A stretch of DNA of 64,000 nt. It comes from Polyangiaceae bacterium (lineage in GTDB: Bacteria; Myxococcota_A; Polyangia; Polyangiales; Polyangiaceae). Of the stretch, positions 49,693-59,141 are shown in pieces. The notes beneath the pieces were generated by a model. That model made no database searches. It was not told where the DNA came from and worked only from the letters and a program-made list of their open reading frames with translations. The stretch is from assembly GCA_050287085.1 (NCBI GenBank), contig JBNKBE010000001.1:32001-96000 (forward strand), given 5' to 3'. How positions within the stretch are numbered: the first letter of the stretch is position 1; each line of letters opens with the position of its first letter. Both the position numbers and the translations under genes were made by a program.

Positions 49693-50052
49693 ATGGCAAT
49701 CGCTTCGGCTATCATCAACGAACTCGAGAAAGAAACCCTCCGCACGGACCTCCCCACGGTTCGGATCGGCGACACGATCGCGGTTCACTACCGCATCGTC
49801 GAAGGCGATAAGATGCGTGTTCAGGTGTTCAAAGGCGTGGTCATTAAGCGCCGCCGAGCGGGTGCGCGCAGCACGATTACGGTGCGCAAGACCAGCTTCC
49901 ACGTCGGCGTAGAGCGAACCTTCTTGCTCCACACTCCGCGCGTCGAAAACATCGAGATCGTCTCCCATGGTGTAGTGCGACGTAGTCGCCTGTACTTCCT
50001 CCGCGACCGTCGCGGCAAGGCGGCTCGTCTCAAGGACAAGCGCGAAGCCTGA
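49693..50052 (+). CDS. rplS: 50S ribosomal protein L19
   Basis: [61 protein letters not shown]. Confidence 0.98.
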   Translation: MAIASAIINELEKETLRTDLPTVRIGDTIAVHYRIVEGDKMRVQVFKGVVIKRRRAGARSTITVRKTSFHVGVERTFLLHTPRVENIEIVSHGVVRRSRLYFLRDRRGKAARLKDKREA

Positions 50053-50060
50053 GCGGCTTT

Positions 50061-50093
50061 GCACGGGATGACTACGTCCCGTGCGACCTTGTT
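50061..50093 (+). terminator. Hairpin after rplS
   Basis: GCACGGGATG-ACTA-CGTCCCGTGC; a second GC hairpin lies at 50129-50158. Confidence 0.55.
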
Positions 50094-50294
50094 CGGGGTG
50101 CAAACCACAAGCCCGAGACACAACGGCGTGCGCCGGCCAGCTTCGCTGGGCCGGCGCAGTGGTGTTTGTCCTGACGGCTCATCGGCCTAGGGCGTCGCAG
50201 AGAACTTCGCAGTCTACTATTCCACGGTGCCAGAAGACGGTTATGGTCTCGCTGGACCCGGGGTCTGTGGCCTCGTTCAGGGAGTGCTTGGGCT

Positions 50295-50858
50295 ATGCCC
50301 ACTTGTCAGAGCTGCGGAGAATACAACGAGCCGGATTCCAAGTTCTGCGTCAGCTGTGGCGCGGCTTTGGCACCTGCGGCCAGATCACCCGATGCGGCTC
50401 ATCTGGGGGGCACTGCGACGGCGGAACACGCGCTGGCGTTGGAGGGCGCTCTCGACGACGGAGCCCAGTTCGCCACCACAGCGATGCCGCAGCGTGAATC
50501 CGGCTCTGCTCCGCTTCGGGTGGAGGGCGGGTCGCCCGAGTGCTTGATCGGGTTCCTGGTGAGCTTCGATGCCAACCCGTTGGGTGACGCCTGGCGAATC
50601 ACTCAACGCCACGCCATCGTCGGACGCCTGGGAGCGGGCGTCGAGATCCCCATCCAGCTGCCCCATCCCACGGTCTCGTCGCGCCACGCGACGCTCGTGG
50701 CAGCTTCCTCGCCAGCGCGAGTCCAGCTGACCGACAATAGCAGTACCAACGGCACCTATCTCAATGACGTCCTGCTTCAGGCCGGGGTGCGCGTCGACTT
50801 GCGCGACGGCGATCGACTGCGATTTGGACTATTCAACGCCGTCGTGAAGATCTTGTAA
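50295..50858 (+). CDS. Zinc-ribbon plus FHA domain protein
   Basis: CQSCG..N..SKFCVSCG; FHA VGR, VSSRHA, SSTNGTYLN, LRDGDRLRFG. Confidence 0.9.
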   Translation: MPTCQSCGEYNEPDSKFCVSCGAALAPAARSPDAAHLGGTATAEHALALEGALDDGAQFATTAMPQRESGSAPLRVEGGSPECLIGFLVSFDANPLGDAWRITQRHAIVGRLGAGVEIPIQLPHPTVSSRHATLVAASSPARVQLTDNSSTNGTYLNDVLLQAGVRVDLRDGDRLRFGLFNAVVKIL

Positions 50859-51016
50859 CCCTCAGCGGGCGCTCGTGTTGAGAGGCGTCGGCGCAACCCT
50901 GTCTAGTCCCTATGTCCAACAATACATCGCGACGGCCGTCCCATGCCCAGAGTTTGCTTCGCAAGACCCACCGACGATGCCGCGCCACTCCCTGGGCGGT
51001 AGCCGCCCCCTGGGCG

Positions 51017-53041
51017 ATGCGCGTCTGTGCGGCCTTCGTGCTGCTGGCGGGCTGTCTCCTTGCACCCAACGCGGACGCGGCTCCAGAGGCTCATATTCTC
51101 CGCATCGATCCGCGAGCCAGCCGCAAGAGCGGAGACCCGGTGATCACCACTGTGGTCGAAGTGCAGCAGAGCAAACGAATTAGCAAAGCCACAGCTCACT
51201 GCGCGACACTCACGAGCTCATCGCGGCTGCGCTGCATCGCCGACGCGATGGAGAAGCCGCTCTACACCCCGTTTCCCTTTCCCGAGCAGAACTCCATTTT
51301 CAGCGTAGAAGTGGATGGGATGGATCGTCCCGCGAAGCTCGTCAGCATCGAGGGATGGGGCGAATCACAGAACAAGCCCGGTATCGGAACAGCGTGGCTG
51401 ATCTTGGTCGATGCCGACAGCCGTATGCGGGGCTTCGACGACGCCAAAGAACTCGCCAGACAATTCGTCGACAGCATGGGGCCGAACGACATCGTCAACG
51501 TGATGTTCTTCAACGACCGGCAGGTGTTCAACGACTCCGGCTGGCTCCCTGTTGCTCGAAAGTCGCAAGCGACCTCGTTCATCAGTGCTGTCCGCGGCAC
51601 CGTGCCCAAGCAGGGGCGCAACCGCCCGTTGCTAACCATCATCAAGAACGCTGCGACGGACGGCTTCAAGGCGCTCGGCAATGCTGGCGAGAAGGTACAG
51701 GTCCCCCTTCACCAAGCCATGGTGGTGCTGTCGAGTGGCTATGGTGGTGCTGACCCGGCGACGACCGGACCCGGCGCGCTGCAGCTGTCCGAGTACATGA
51801 CAGGCGGGCGCTTTCCGGAAGACAACACCGTACTACCCAAGACCCCGGTGCCCGTCATCAGCATCTACTACCCACCACGAACGTGGGACGAGGTGGCTAA
51901 CAACGCGCTCGAGTTCATGCAGAACCTCGCCAACACCCAGATTGGCGGATACTTCAGCATCATGCAGGACGGCGAAGGAAGCCGGTCCAAGGGCATCGTC
52001 AATGCGGTGCGGACCCGCTTCTCAAAAATGGTCGTCGCTCGCTGGAGGGTCTCCTGCGTCGCTCCAACTATCACCCAAAGCTTCCGACTGGTCTTCAAGA
52101 GCACCGAACCTCCAATCGCGGGTGACGCCACCTTCAAAGACGTTCCGCTGGGACTCGATCCGACGACCTGGCCCCTCGATGTGGACCTGACCAAGACCCA
52201 AGCCGGTAACCCCGAGCCGATCTATCCGGGGGGCAAGGTGAAGGTCTTCGGTGACTTCTGCTGGGGCGGGGACACGAGTCGCGCCGAGTTGTACTTCGTG
52301 CCGGCAGGACAGGCTGTTCCAGCTGATCTTTCCGGCTCCGATCCGGAGCAAGCCAAGCAGGCCCAACAACACCTCATCGCGATGGGCATGAAAGCGGAGG
52401 TGAATCAAACAGCCGATACTTTCGCGGAGTTTGTTGCACCCGACAATGACAAGCTCATTCACGGCTCTGGAAGCCAAGCGGTTGCGCGTCTGGTGCTCTA
52501 CGACAACAAGGCGCACCGCACGAGCGGCGCCACGGCGGACACCATCGTACAGCTTCGCGCGAGCAGTGCCCCCTTTCCGCTGCTCCCAATCTTGGGCGGA
52601 GCGCTCGGCCTGACCGTCATCGCGCTTCTTCTGGTCATCGTCTTCAGCAGTAGCCGCAAGAAGCGCAGCCGCAGCAGTGATTCCGGAGCGCTTCGCCCCG
52701 TGCAGGCCAGCGCCCCCCAAGTGCCTCCTGCCCCCACTCCGGCCAATGTGCGGCAGGCCACGCTGCGAGGCAGCGAGGGCGAGTTCCAGGTTTACCCTAA
52801 TATGGAAATGCGCCTAGGAAGAGACGCGGCGCGCTGCGCCATCGTGCTCCGAGCCAACCAAGTCTCCGGTCTGCACGCAACGCTCAGGCTCGAAAGCGGT
52901 CAACTGTCGGTCCGTGACGAAACAAGTACCCACGGAACCTTCGTCAACGGACGCCGGGCCGTCGCGGGTCAGTGGACCGTAATTCCACACGGAGCTCAGT
53001 TTCGGGTGGGGCCCTCGGAATTCCGTATCACCCTCGAGTAG
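51017..53041 (+). CDS. Single-pass membrane protein: exported vWA-like domain, TM helix, cytoplasmic FHA
   Basis: Signal peptide ending ADA-A; ILVDADSRM, VNVMFFND, MVVLSSG (degenerate MIDAS); TM then RKKRSR; FHA LGRD, VSGLHA, STHGTFVNG. Start could be 50912. Confidence 0.8.
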   Translation: MRVCAAFVLLAGCLLAPNADAAPEAHILRIDPRASRKSGDPVITTVVEVQQSKRISKATAHCATLTSSSRLRCIADAMEKPLYTPFPFPEQNSIFSVEVDGMDRPAKLVSIEGWGESQNKPGIGTAWLILVDADSRMRGFDDAKELARQFVDSMGPNDIVNVMFFNDRQVFNDSGWLPVARKSQATSFISAVRGTVPKQGRNRPLLTIIKNAATDGFKALGNAGEKVQVPLHQAMVVLSSGYGGADPATTGPGALQLSEYMTGGRFPEDNTVLPKTPVPVISIYYPPRTWDEVANNALEFMQNLANTQIGGYFSIMQDGEGSRSKGIVNAVRTRFSKMVVARWRVSCVAPTITQSFRLVFKSTEPPIAGDATFKDVPLGLDPTTWPLDVDLTKTQAGNPEPIYPGGKVKVFGDFCWGGDTSRAELYFVPAGQAVPADLSGSDPEQAKQAQQHLIAMGMKAEVNQTADTFAEFVAPDNDKLIHGSGSQAVARLVLYDNKAHRTSGATADTIVQLRASSAPFPLLPILGGALGLTVIALLLVIVFSSSRKKRSRSSDSGALRPVQASAPQVPPAPTPANVRQATLRGSEGEFQVYPNMEMRLGRDAARCAIVLRANQVSGLHATLRLESGQLSVRDETSTHGTFVNGRRAVAGQWTVIPHGAQFRVGPSEFRITLE

Positions 53042-53143
53042 CGCAGCCCTCCACCCAAGCAACAACGAGAGCACAGCACGATTCGAGTCTGTGGCGCGCC
53101 GATCCGGGTGCCATCAAGACTCGAACGCCGCAGGAGAGATGGC

Positions 53144-56035
53144 ATGATCCCCGGTTTTGGCAAGCAAAGCATTACGATTGGCAGCAGCCCGCAGTGCGAC
53201 ATTCAGCTCAGCGGCGCTGGTGTCCAGCCTCTTCACGCACGTGTAGAGCGTGAAGCACGAGGGCTGCGGATCGTCGATCAAAACACGGGCACGGTCGCGG
53301 TCGACGGCGCTGTACTGCCAAGCGGGGGGAGCGCGGCATTCAACTTCCGCGAGCAGTTCACCTTCGCTTCCGCCGCGCTACCGCTAACTCATCCGGCACT
53401 GGTTCTGATGCTGATGAGCACCGGTCAGCTGCCAGCAACAGGAGGTGAGCTGGTACTTGGCCGCGATCCGGCTCGCTGTCACATCGCTCTCGCTCACCCG
53501 AATGTCTCAGGGCGTCATGCGACGATTCAACGTTCACCCTTGAGCGTCACCGATCATGGATCAACCAGCGGCACTTGGCTCAACGGACAACAGCTCCCCA
53601 CCGAAGCCGCGACTGCCCTTGAGCCAAACGCCCTGATTGCAGTCGGCCCAGTGCCCGTGCCAGTGGGCCTCGCCTTGCAGCTGATGGGAGCACCGCCGCT
53701 GGCCGCAGGCCGTCCTGGCGGGGCGAAGCGCCATCGCACCGTCTTGGGGCAAATGTCGGTGAGTCAGGCAACCCAGACGATCGGACGTACCCCTGACAAC
53801 GACATTCAAATAGATCACGCCCAGGTGTCCAGCAAACATGCCTTGCTGCACAGGAGCGACGGCAAACTCTTCATCGAGGACCGCGGCAGCGCCAACGGTA
53901 CTTATGTTCGTGGTCAGCGCATAGAACCTCGTCAGAAGGTCCCCGTCAACGCTGGAGAGCGAGTGTTCATCGGTCCAATGCCCCTGCTTCTCGAAGGGCA
54001 AGCCGACTCGAACGCCAACGTTGAAGTCATAGTCGAGGACCACGAGGACTGGAGCGGGCGACCTCTCTACGAGATCGAAGCATGGGACCTGGTACTGCAG
54101 GTGCCCGACCGGGACAACCCCAAGGAGCTCAAAACGCTCCTCGATCACGTGAGCTTCAAGGCCATGCCGGGCGACTTTATCGCTTTGATGGGACCCAGCG
54201 GGGCCGGCAAGACAACGCTCCTGTTGACATTAAACGGCTATCTTCCGCCGAACGGAGGACAGGTCCGCATCAACGGCGAGGACCTATACAGCATCTACGA
54301 CGCTCTCCGCGGCTCTATCGGATACGTCCCGCAGGACGATATTGTTCACCCAGAGCTCACCGTCTACGAAGCGGTGCGCTACAGCGCGAAGTTCCGCCTG
54401 CCCAGGGACTACTCGGAAGAAGAAATCGAGCGCAGAGTCAACACCACTCTGCAGCAATTGGGGCTCGAGTCCGTCGCGCATCTGCAAATCGGCAAGCCGG
54501 AAAACAAGATCCTCAGCGGCGGTCAGCGCAAGCGCGTGAACATCGCGATGGAATTGGTGACCGATCCGGTGATCATGTTTCTGGACGAACCCACCAGCGG
54601 TCTCGCCGCCGATGACACGACCGCCCTGGTTTCGCTACTTCAGGGTCTTGCCAAGAGCACTGGCAAGACCATCATCACGACCATTCATCAACCTGCGAAG
54701 GATGAATTCGAGAAGTTCAATCTCTGCCTGATAATGGGGCCGGGGGGTATCCCCATCTTCTACGGTCCCACCGCGCCGGACGCGTATCGGTTCTTTGGTA
54801 CCCAGTTGGAGCGGATGGGGAAGCCAAACGACGTGGACAATCCGCGTGACATGTTTGACATGCTCAATCTGCGCGAGAGGGAGCTCCTGGGCAGGACGCA
54901 GGGCGCGCCCGAAAATCGCTTCGCGATGCGCCAACAGGCCGCGCGGATGTGGGCCGCGGAGTTCTTCGAACAGCAGCACCCTACTTTCCAGAAGATGTAC
55001 TCTGGACGCCGCGCTGTAGGTTCCGGCGGGGCCCCTCAGGCTCTTCCTTCCGGGCGCCCGAAGACAAGTGGACAGTTCGGGCTGCTGCTGAGCCGCTACG
55101 CGAAAATCAAGCTTCGTGACAAGTCTGGCACATGGATCATGTTCTTGCAGGCACCGATTATCGGGGTCTTGCTCGCTTTGGTGTTTGGCGGGCAGAAACC
55201 CGCGATCCCCTTCTGGTGCCTGGGCGCGCTGCAAGAGCTCAGCAAGAAGAGCAGCGAGCCGATCGAGGGGAGTTCCGAGCTACTGAAGAACATGCAGACG
55301 ACGCCCGACCACGCGGCGGCGCTCTTCTTTGTTGTTGTGTCTGCTGTTTGGTTTGGCACGAGCAACGCAGCCCGTGAGATCGTGAGTGAGAGAGCGATCT
55401 ACTTGCGCGAACGAATGGTGAACCTAGGACTTTTCAACTACCTGTTTTCCAAGTTCTTGTTTCTGAGCTTCGTTTGCGTCGTCCAATGCGCTGTCTTGCT
55501 GGCGATTGTATTCTTTGCGCTCGGCTTTAGCGGCGGGCCACAAGCGTTCCTGCTGGATCTGGCTACACTGGTCGTAACAGCTATGAACTCCGTGGCGCTG
55601 GGACTCTTCCTGAGCACCATGGTAACAAGCGGCGAGGCCGCGATGGCCCTGACTCCGATTGCTCTCATCCCCCAGGTTGTGCTGGGCGGGTTGATGGTCC
55701 CCATGACGACCAACCCGCTGCTTCAATGGCCCATGTATCTAATGCCGGCGCGCTGGGGGTTCCAGGGAATGGTCGCCCAAGAGCGAATAGCGGTCATGAA
55801 CAAGCCCGCCTGGATCATCGACCTCAAGCGCCCAACGCTCAACAGCCTCGATAACTTCGTCGATGGCGGTCTCTTCAAGTGTGCCAAGGCGCAGCTAGCG
55901 TCTGCCGACTTCAATGGCGCCTGGGGGTTCGTCAATTACCACATCCAATGGCTGCCATGGGCCGTGCTCGGAAGCATGATGTTCGTAACCTTGGTTGCGA
56001 TCATCGTTGTACTGCGCAAGCGCGATCGCATCTAA
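53144..56035 (+). CDS. FHA x3 + ABC ATPase + ABC-2 permease (Rv1747/ABCG-like)
   Basis: RBS AGGAG; FHA motifs (IGSS..HA; LGRD..VSGRHA..STSGT; IGR..VSSKHA..SANGT); GPSGAGKTT, LSGGQRKR, FLDEPTSGL, TTIHQP; AREIVSER..ER permease. Confidence 0.93.
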   Translation: MIPGFGKQSITIGSSPQCDIQLSGAGVQPLHARVEREARGLRIVDQNTGTVAVDGAVLPSGGSAAFNFREQFTFASAALPLTHPALVLMLMSTGQLPATGGELVLGRDPARCHIALAHPNVSGRHATIQRSPLSVTDHGSTSGTWLNGQQLPTEAATALEPNALIAVGPVPVPVGLALQLMGAPPLAAGRPGGAKRHRTVLGQMSVSQATQTIGRTPDNDIQIDHAQVSSKHALLHRSDGKLFIEDRGSANGTYVRGQRIEPRQKVPVNAGERVFIGPMPLLLEGQADSNANVEVIVEDHEDWSGRPLYEIEAWDLVLQVPDRDNPKELKTLLDHVSFKAMPGDFIALMGPSGAGKTTLLLTLNGYLPPNGGQVRINGEDLYSIYDALRGSIGYVPQDDIVHPELTVYEAVRYSAKFRLPRDYSEEEIERRVNTTLQQLGLESVAHLQIGKPENKILSGGQRKRVNIAMELVTDPVIMFLDEPTSGLAADDTTALVSLLQGLAKSTGKTIITTIHQPAKDEFEKFNLCLIMGPGGIPIFYGPTAPDAYRFFGTQLERMGKPNDVDNPRDMFDMLNLRERELLGRTQGAPENRFAMRQQAARMWAAEFFEQQHPTFQKMYSGRRAVGSGGAPQALPSGRPKTSGQFGLLLSRYAKIKLRDKSGTWIMFLQAPIIGVLLALVFGGQKPAIPFWCLGALQELSKKSSEPIEGSSELLKNMQTTPDHAAALFFVVVSAVWFGTSNAAREIVSERAIYLRERMVNLGLFNYLFSKFLFLSFVCVVQCAVLLAIVFFALGFSGGPQAFLLDLATLVVTAMNSVALGLFLSTMVTSGEAAMALTPIALIPQVVLGGLMVPMTTNPLLQWPMYLMPARWGFQGMVAQERIAVMNKPAWIIDLKRPTLNSLDNFVDGGLFKCAKAQLASADFNGAWGFVNYHIQWLPWAVLGSMMFVTLVAIIVVLRKRDRI

Positions 56036-56068
56036 TACGACAAGCTCGGCCGACCCGAGCTGGCAGCT

Positions 56069-57427
56069 TCAGAACTCTCCAGCTAGCGCCAGGCCCAAGC
56101 CCCCTGGGGTGAGCGTCCCCGGTAACCCCGGGGTCACGGTCGGCAGCACCCACACTCCCCCGGCCGCTTGCGAGTAGCGGGAGTCCGGACTGAGATTGCG
56201 GGTCAGGAGGTAGCTGACGTAGGTGCCTCCAGCCATTCCTAGCAGTGCTGCCCCGGACCATATTCGTCCCGTGGTGCGGCCCGAACCGCCCGTACCGGTT
56301 GCGATGGCAGCCGCGCCCCAGCCGCCCAGCGCGCCCAAAGCGGCGCCCAGCCCCACGTAGCGCTGACGGGAGATCGACCAGTCGAGATCACGACCAAACA
56401 CCACACCGAGACCCGTTCCCAGGTCCAACCCCGCTGCCAACCCCAACAACACTATCTCGGTAGATGAGTTTTTCGGTTGGAGTACCCCGAAGCCCAACCC
56501 CACGGCGGCCAATCCCATCACCCCCGTCATCCCGGCAAAGCCCACTTGCCCTCGCGTAGGGCGAGCTCGATCGCCCGCCAGGAAACCGCCAAGACCACCT
56601 AAGGTCGTGCCGAGCACCACGGCCGTCTGGACGCCTTCGCTGGAATCGAGTTTCATACTCGTACCAAGAAGCAGCCCATTGGCGGCGCCGAAAATTAGGC
56701 CCGTCGAATACGCGTCCGCCGTGGACTCGCTTAGATCGCCACCTTCCGTCCCGTAGTAGCTCCCCAGAAAGCCGATCGCCGTCGTGGTGAGAACGATTGA
56801 TACGCCCACGCGAAAGTCGGAGACGTTTGCTATGTCCAAGACATAGATGCCCCCATAAGCGCCCGCGATGGTCGAGCTCACGACGAAGCTAGCTCGTCCC
56901 GACTCGTCAGGCGGAGCAGGCTGAGCTTGCCGCTGAAAGCTCAGCCGAGCCCCGCGAGACGCGAGTCTTCCCGCGATCTGGCTGAGCTCCAGATCGACCG
57001 AAGCGTGGGGGCCGCCCCGCGTCGAGCACTCGGCCAGACGGGCCCGCGCACTGCCGAAATCGCCACGCATGAAGTCATCGACGCCAGCGCTGTGGCAGAT
57101 AGCGTCGTCGACGGCAGCGTCTACCGCCATCGTTGGCGGCGGTTCAGGCTCCGACGGAGGGCCTTCCGCTGGTTGTGGAACCGCCCCCGAGGCTTCGGAC
57201 GCGGTCGCTTCGGACGCGGTCGTTTCGGACGCGGTCGTTTCGGACGCGGTCGTTTCGGACGCGGTCGCTTCGGCGCCCCCCGTCAGAGCCGGTGCCGGCT
57301 GAGCCCCTGCGGACTCTGCGACCAACACGACCACCCACGGCAAACCGCTTCGCCGGGGCACGCTCCGTCGAATCCATTTCGATAGTTTCACCCGCGTGAA
57401 GCTACTCTGGAGCGGGCGCGCTGCCAA
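56069..57427 (-). CDS. Hypothetical Gly-rich multi-helix membrane or secreted protein
   Basis: Low-complexity N-terminus, about eight GxxxG-rich hydrophobic segments, C-terminal Phe; start uncertain. Confidence 0.7.
   Translation of the reverse strand: MAARPLQSSFTRVKLSKWIRRSVPRRSGLPWVVVLVAESAGAQPAPALTGGAEATASETTASETTASETTASEATASEASGAVPQPAEGPPSEPEPPPTMAVDAAVDDAICHSAGVDDFMRGDFGSARARLAECSTRGGPHASVDLELSQIAGRLASRGARLSFQRQAQPAPPDESGRASFVVSSTIAGAYGGIYVLDIANVSDFRVGVSIVLTTTAIGFLGSYYGTEGGDLSESTADAYSTGLIFGAANGLLLGTSMKLDSSEGVQTAVVLGTTLGGLGGFLAGDRARPTRGQVGFAGMTGVMGLAAVGLGFGVLQPKNSSTEIVLLGLAAGLDLGTGLGVVFGRDLDWSISRQRYVGLGAALGALGGWGAAAIATGTGGSGRTTGRIWSGAALLGMAGGTYVSYLLTRNLSPDSRYSQAAGGVWVLPTVTPGLPGTLTPGGLGLALAGEF
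57194..57273. repeat. 15-bp coding tandem repeat x5 (TASE[TA])
   Basis: TTCGGACGCGGTCG[CT] x5. Confidence 0.9.
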
Positions 57428-57494
57428 TCACCGACCCTTGCTGGCCGTGGCTCAGGGCCGGCACGTCTCCCCTTCGGCCGAGCCTAGCTCAAAC

Positions 57495-57809
57495 TTAGCT
57501 CAGTTCGCCCGCTTCAGACTTTTTGATCCAGGCTCGGATCTCTTCTTCGATCACAGCAATGGCCTTGCCCTTGAACGGCCGCAGAAGAAAAGGGACCTCC
57601 AGTTCGAGATCGATCGTGGTGGGATGCACCTCCAACGCACCCGAGAGCTTCAACCCTTTGGCGCTGAAGCCGATCTCACCGCGCTGCTCGCTCACCCAGT
57701 TCAGGGTAGGGCTGTACTCCGAAAAACGCTGTGAGTACGTCTCCCATGCGGCCACTGCGACTTTCTTGGCGTTTTCCTGTCCTAGCTGATGCGCCACCTG
57801 ATGCTTCAT
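57495..57809 (-). CDS. Polyhydroxyalkanoic acid system (PHA_gran_rgn-like) family protein
   Basis: About 104 aa: H.LG...AK, W, G.F...G..LSG.LEV, LEVPFLLRPFKGK..IEEEI. Confidence 0.7.
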   Translation of the reverse strand: MKHQVAHQLGQENAKKVAVAAWETYSQRFSEYSPTLNWVSEQRGEIGFSAKGLKLSGALEVHPTTIDLELEVPFLLRPFKGKAIAVIEEEIRAWIKKSEAGELS

Positions 57810-58007
57810 GCCCAGGTTGTCCGCCAAACGCATGCGAGAAGTCAACTATCAGCCCAAGGGCTGGAGCGCCGGGCAACAACCCCGTGACCCGGTACCCAAG
57901 GCCGAACGACCCAGTGTTCGCACGCCTGCCACGGCTAGAAACGCGTCGGAAGCCCGAACGCCCCTTTCCTTGCGGCAGTGTTTCTGCGATGAGCCCAAGG
58001 CGCAGTC

Positions 58008-58901
58008 ATGGCTAGAATCGGAATCGACTTCGGCGGCACTCAAATCAAGATCGCAAGCGTGGACGCTGACGGCACAATCGGTGCCCAACTGGCGCTCGAC
58101 ACGCCCCAAAACGCAAGTCCCGATGCCGTCGTAGAACGCATCGCCGAGGCCATTGTCGAAGTTGAGGCCGCCCCTGAGGCCATCGGACTGGCCATTCCTG
58201 GTCAAGTCGATGCACTCGGCCGCGTGTACCGTCTGCCCAACGTTCCCGGCTTCGAACGTTTCCCTCTGGCGGCAGCGCTCCAGCGCCACATCACCTGCCC
58301 CGTTGTGGTGGAGAACGATGGCAATGCCGCAGCCCATGGTGAAGCCTTATTCGGCGCGGGTCAGCAATACCGAAGCTTTGCCATGATCACGCTCGGAACC
58401 GGAATCGGCGCGGGCATCGTCATCGATGGCCGCGTGCGCACCGGCGCTCACGGCTTTGCCGCGGAGCTCGGCCATCTGCGCGTGGACAACACCGAAGCGG
58501 CTGAACTCTGCGGCTGCGGACGACGGGGATGTGTCGAAGCCTACGCCGGAACCCGCGCCCTGCTGCGAGAGTTCCAACGCCAGGGCGCCATCGCGACGGA
58601 AATCCTGCCGGTAGCAGACTCGGCTAGGCGGGGAGAGAGCGCCGGCAAGGCGGCCTTTGCGATGATGGCACGGGGTCTTGCGGGAGGGATTACTGCGTTG
58701 CAAACGCTGCTCGACCTCGACGCCATCGTGTTCACCGGAGGGATCTCTCGCTCCTTCGATTTGTTGGAGCAGCCGCTCCGGCAGGAAGTGCGAGGACTAG
58801 CTTACAGTGAGCCCCTAGGCGAGGTCCCTCTCGTCGTGAGCGCCTTGGGGGCGAGCGCTGGCGTCATCGGAGCGTCACACCTCGATCGTTTGCTCGCGTA
58901 G
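58008..58901 (+). CDS. ROK family sugar kinase (glucokinase-like)
   Basis: IGIDFGGT, VENDGNAAA.GE, TLGTGIGAG, ELGH, CGCGRRGCVE. Confidence 0.93.
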   Translation: MARIGIDFGGTQIKIASVDADGTIGAQLALDTPQNASPDAVVERIAEAIVEVEAAPEAIGLAIPGQVDALGRVYRLPNVPGFERFPLAAALQRHITCPVVVENDGNAAAHGEALFGAGQQYRSFAMITLGTGIGAGIVIDGRVRTGAHGFAAELGHLRVDNTEAAELCGCGRRGCVEAYAGTRALLREFQRQGAIATEILPVADSARRGESAGKAAFAMMARGLAGGITALQTLLDLDAIVFTGGISRSFDLLEQPLRQEVRGLAYSEPLGEVPLVVSALGASAGVIGASHLDRLLA

Positions 58902-58959
58902 GGCCCGCGGACGGGAAAGTCGGTCGCGAGCTGGTCGAGTAGGACAATTCGCGAGCCCT
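58900..58959 (+). mobile_element. MITE/REP-like short element, copy 4
   Basis: AGGGCCCGCGGA..(GGGAAAGTCGGTCGCGAGCTGGTCGAG)..TTCGCGAGCCCT; 12-bp imperfect terminal inverted repeats; overlaps the ROK TAG and is followed by TAA. Confidence 0.6.
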
Positions 58960-59141
58960 TAATCTCCCAACAGCGGCGGCGCCCGGCTCGGCGCAGCCCG
59001 CCTGAAGTCCGGATGACGCGCCCTTGACCGCGCGCGTCAATGCGCTGACAGATGTTCCGCCTGGGCTTCCCAATGGGTGAGGCCGAGAGCTCGATCGGGT
59101 CGTCTTCGCTCTCGGCCCGCGCCTTGCATGGACGCCAGACG

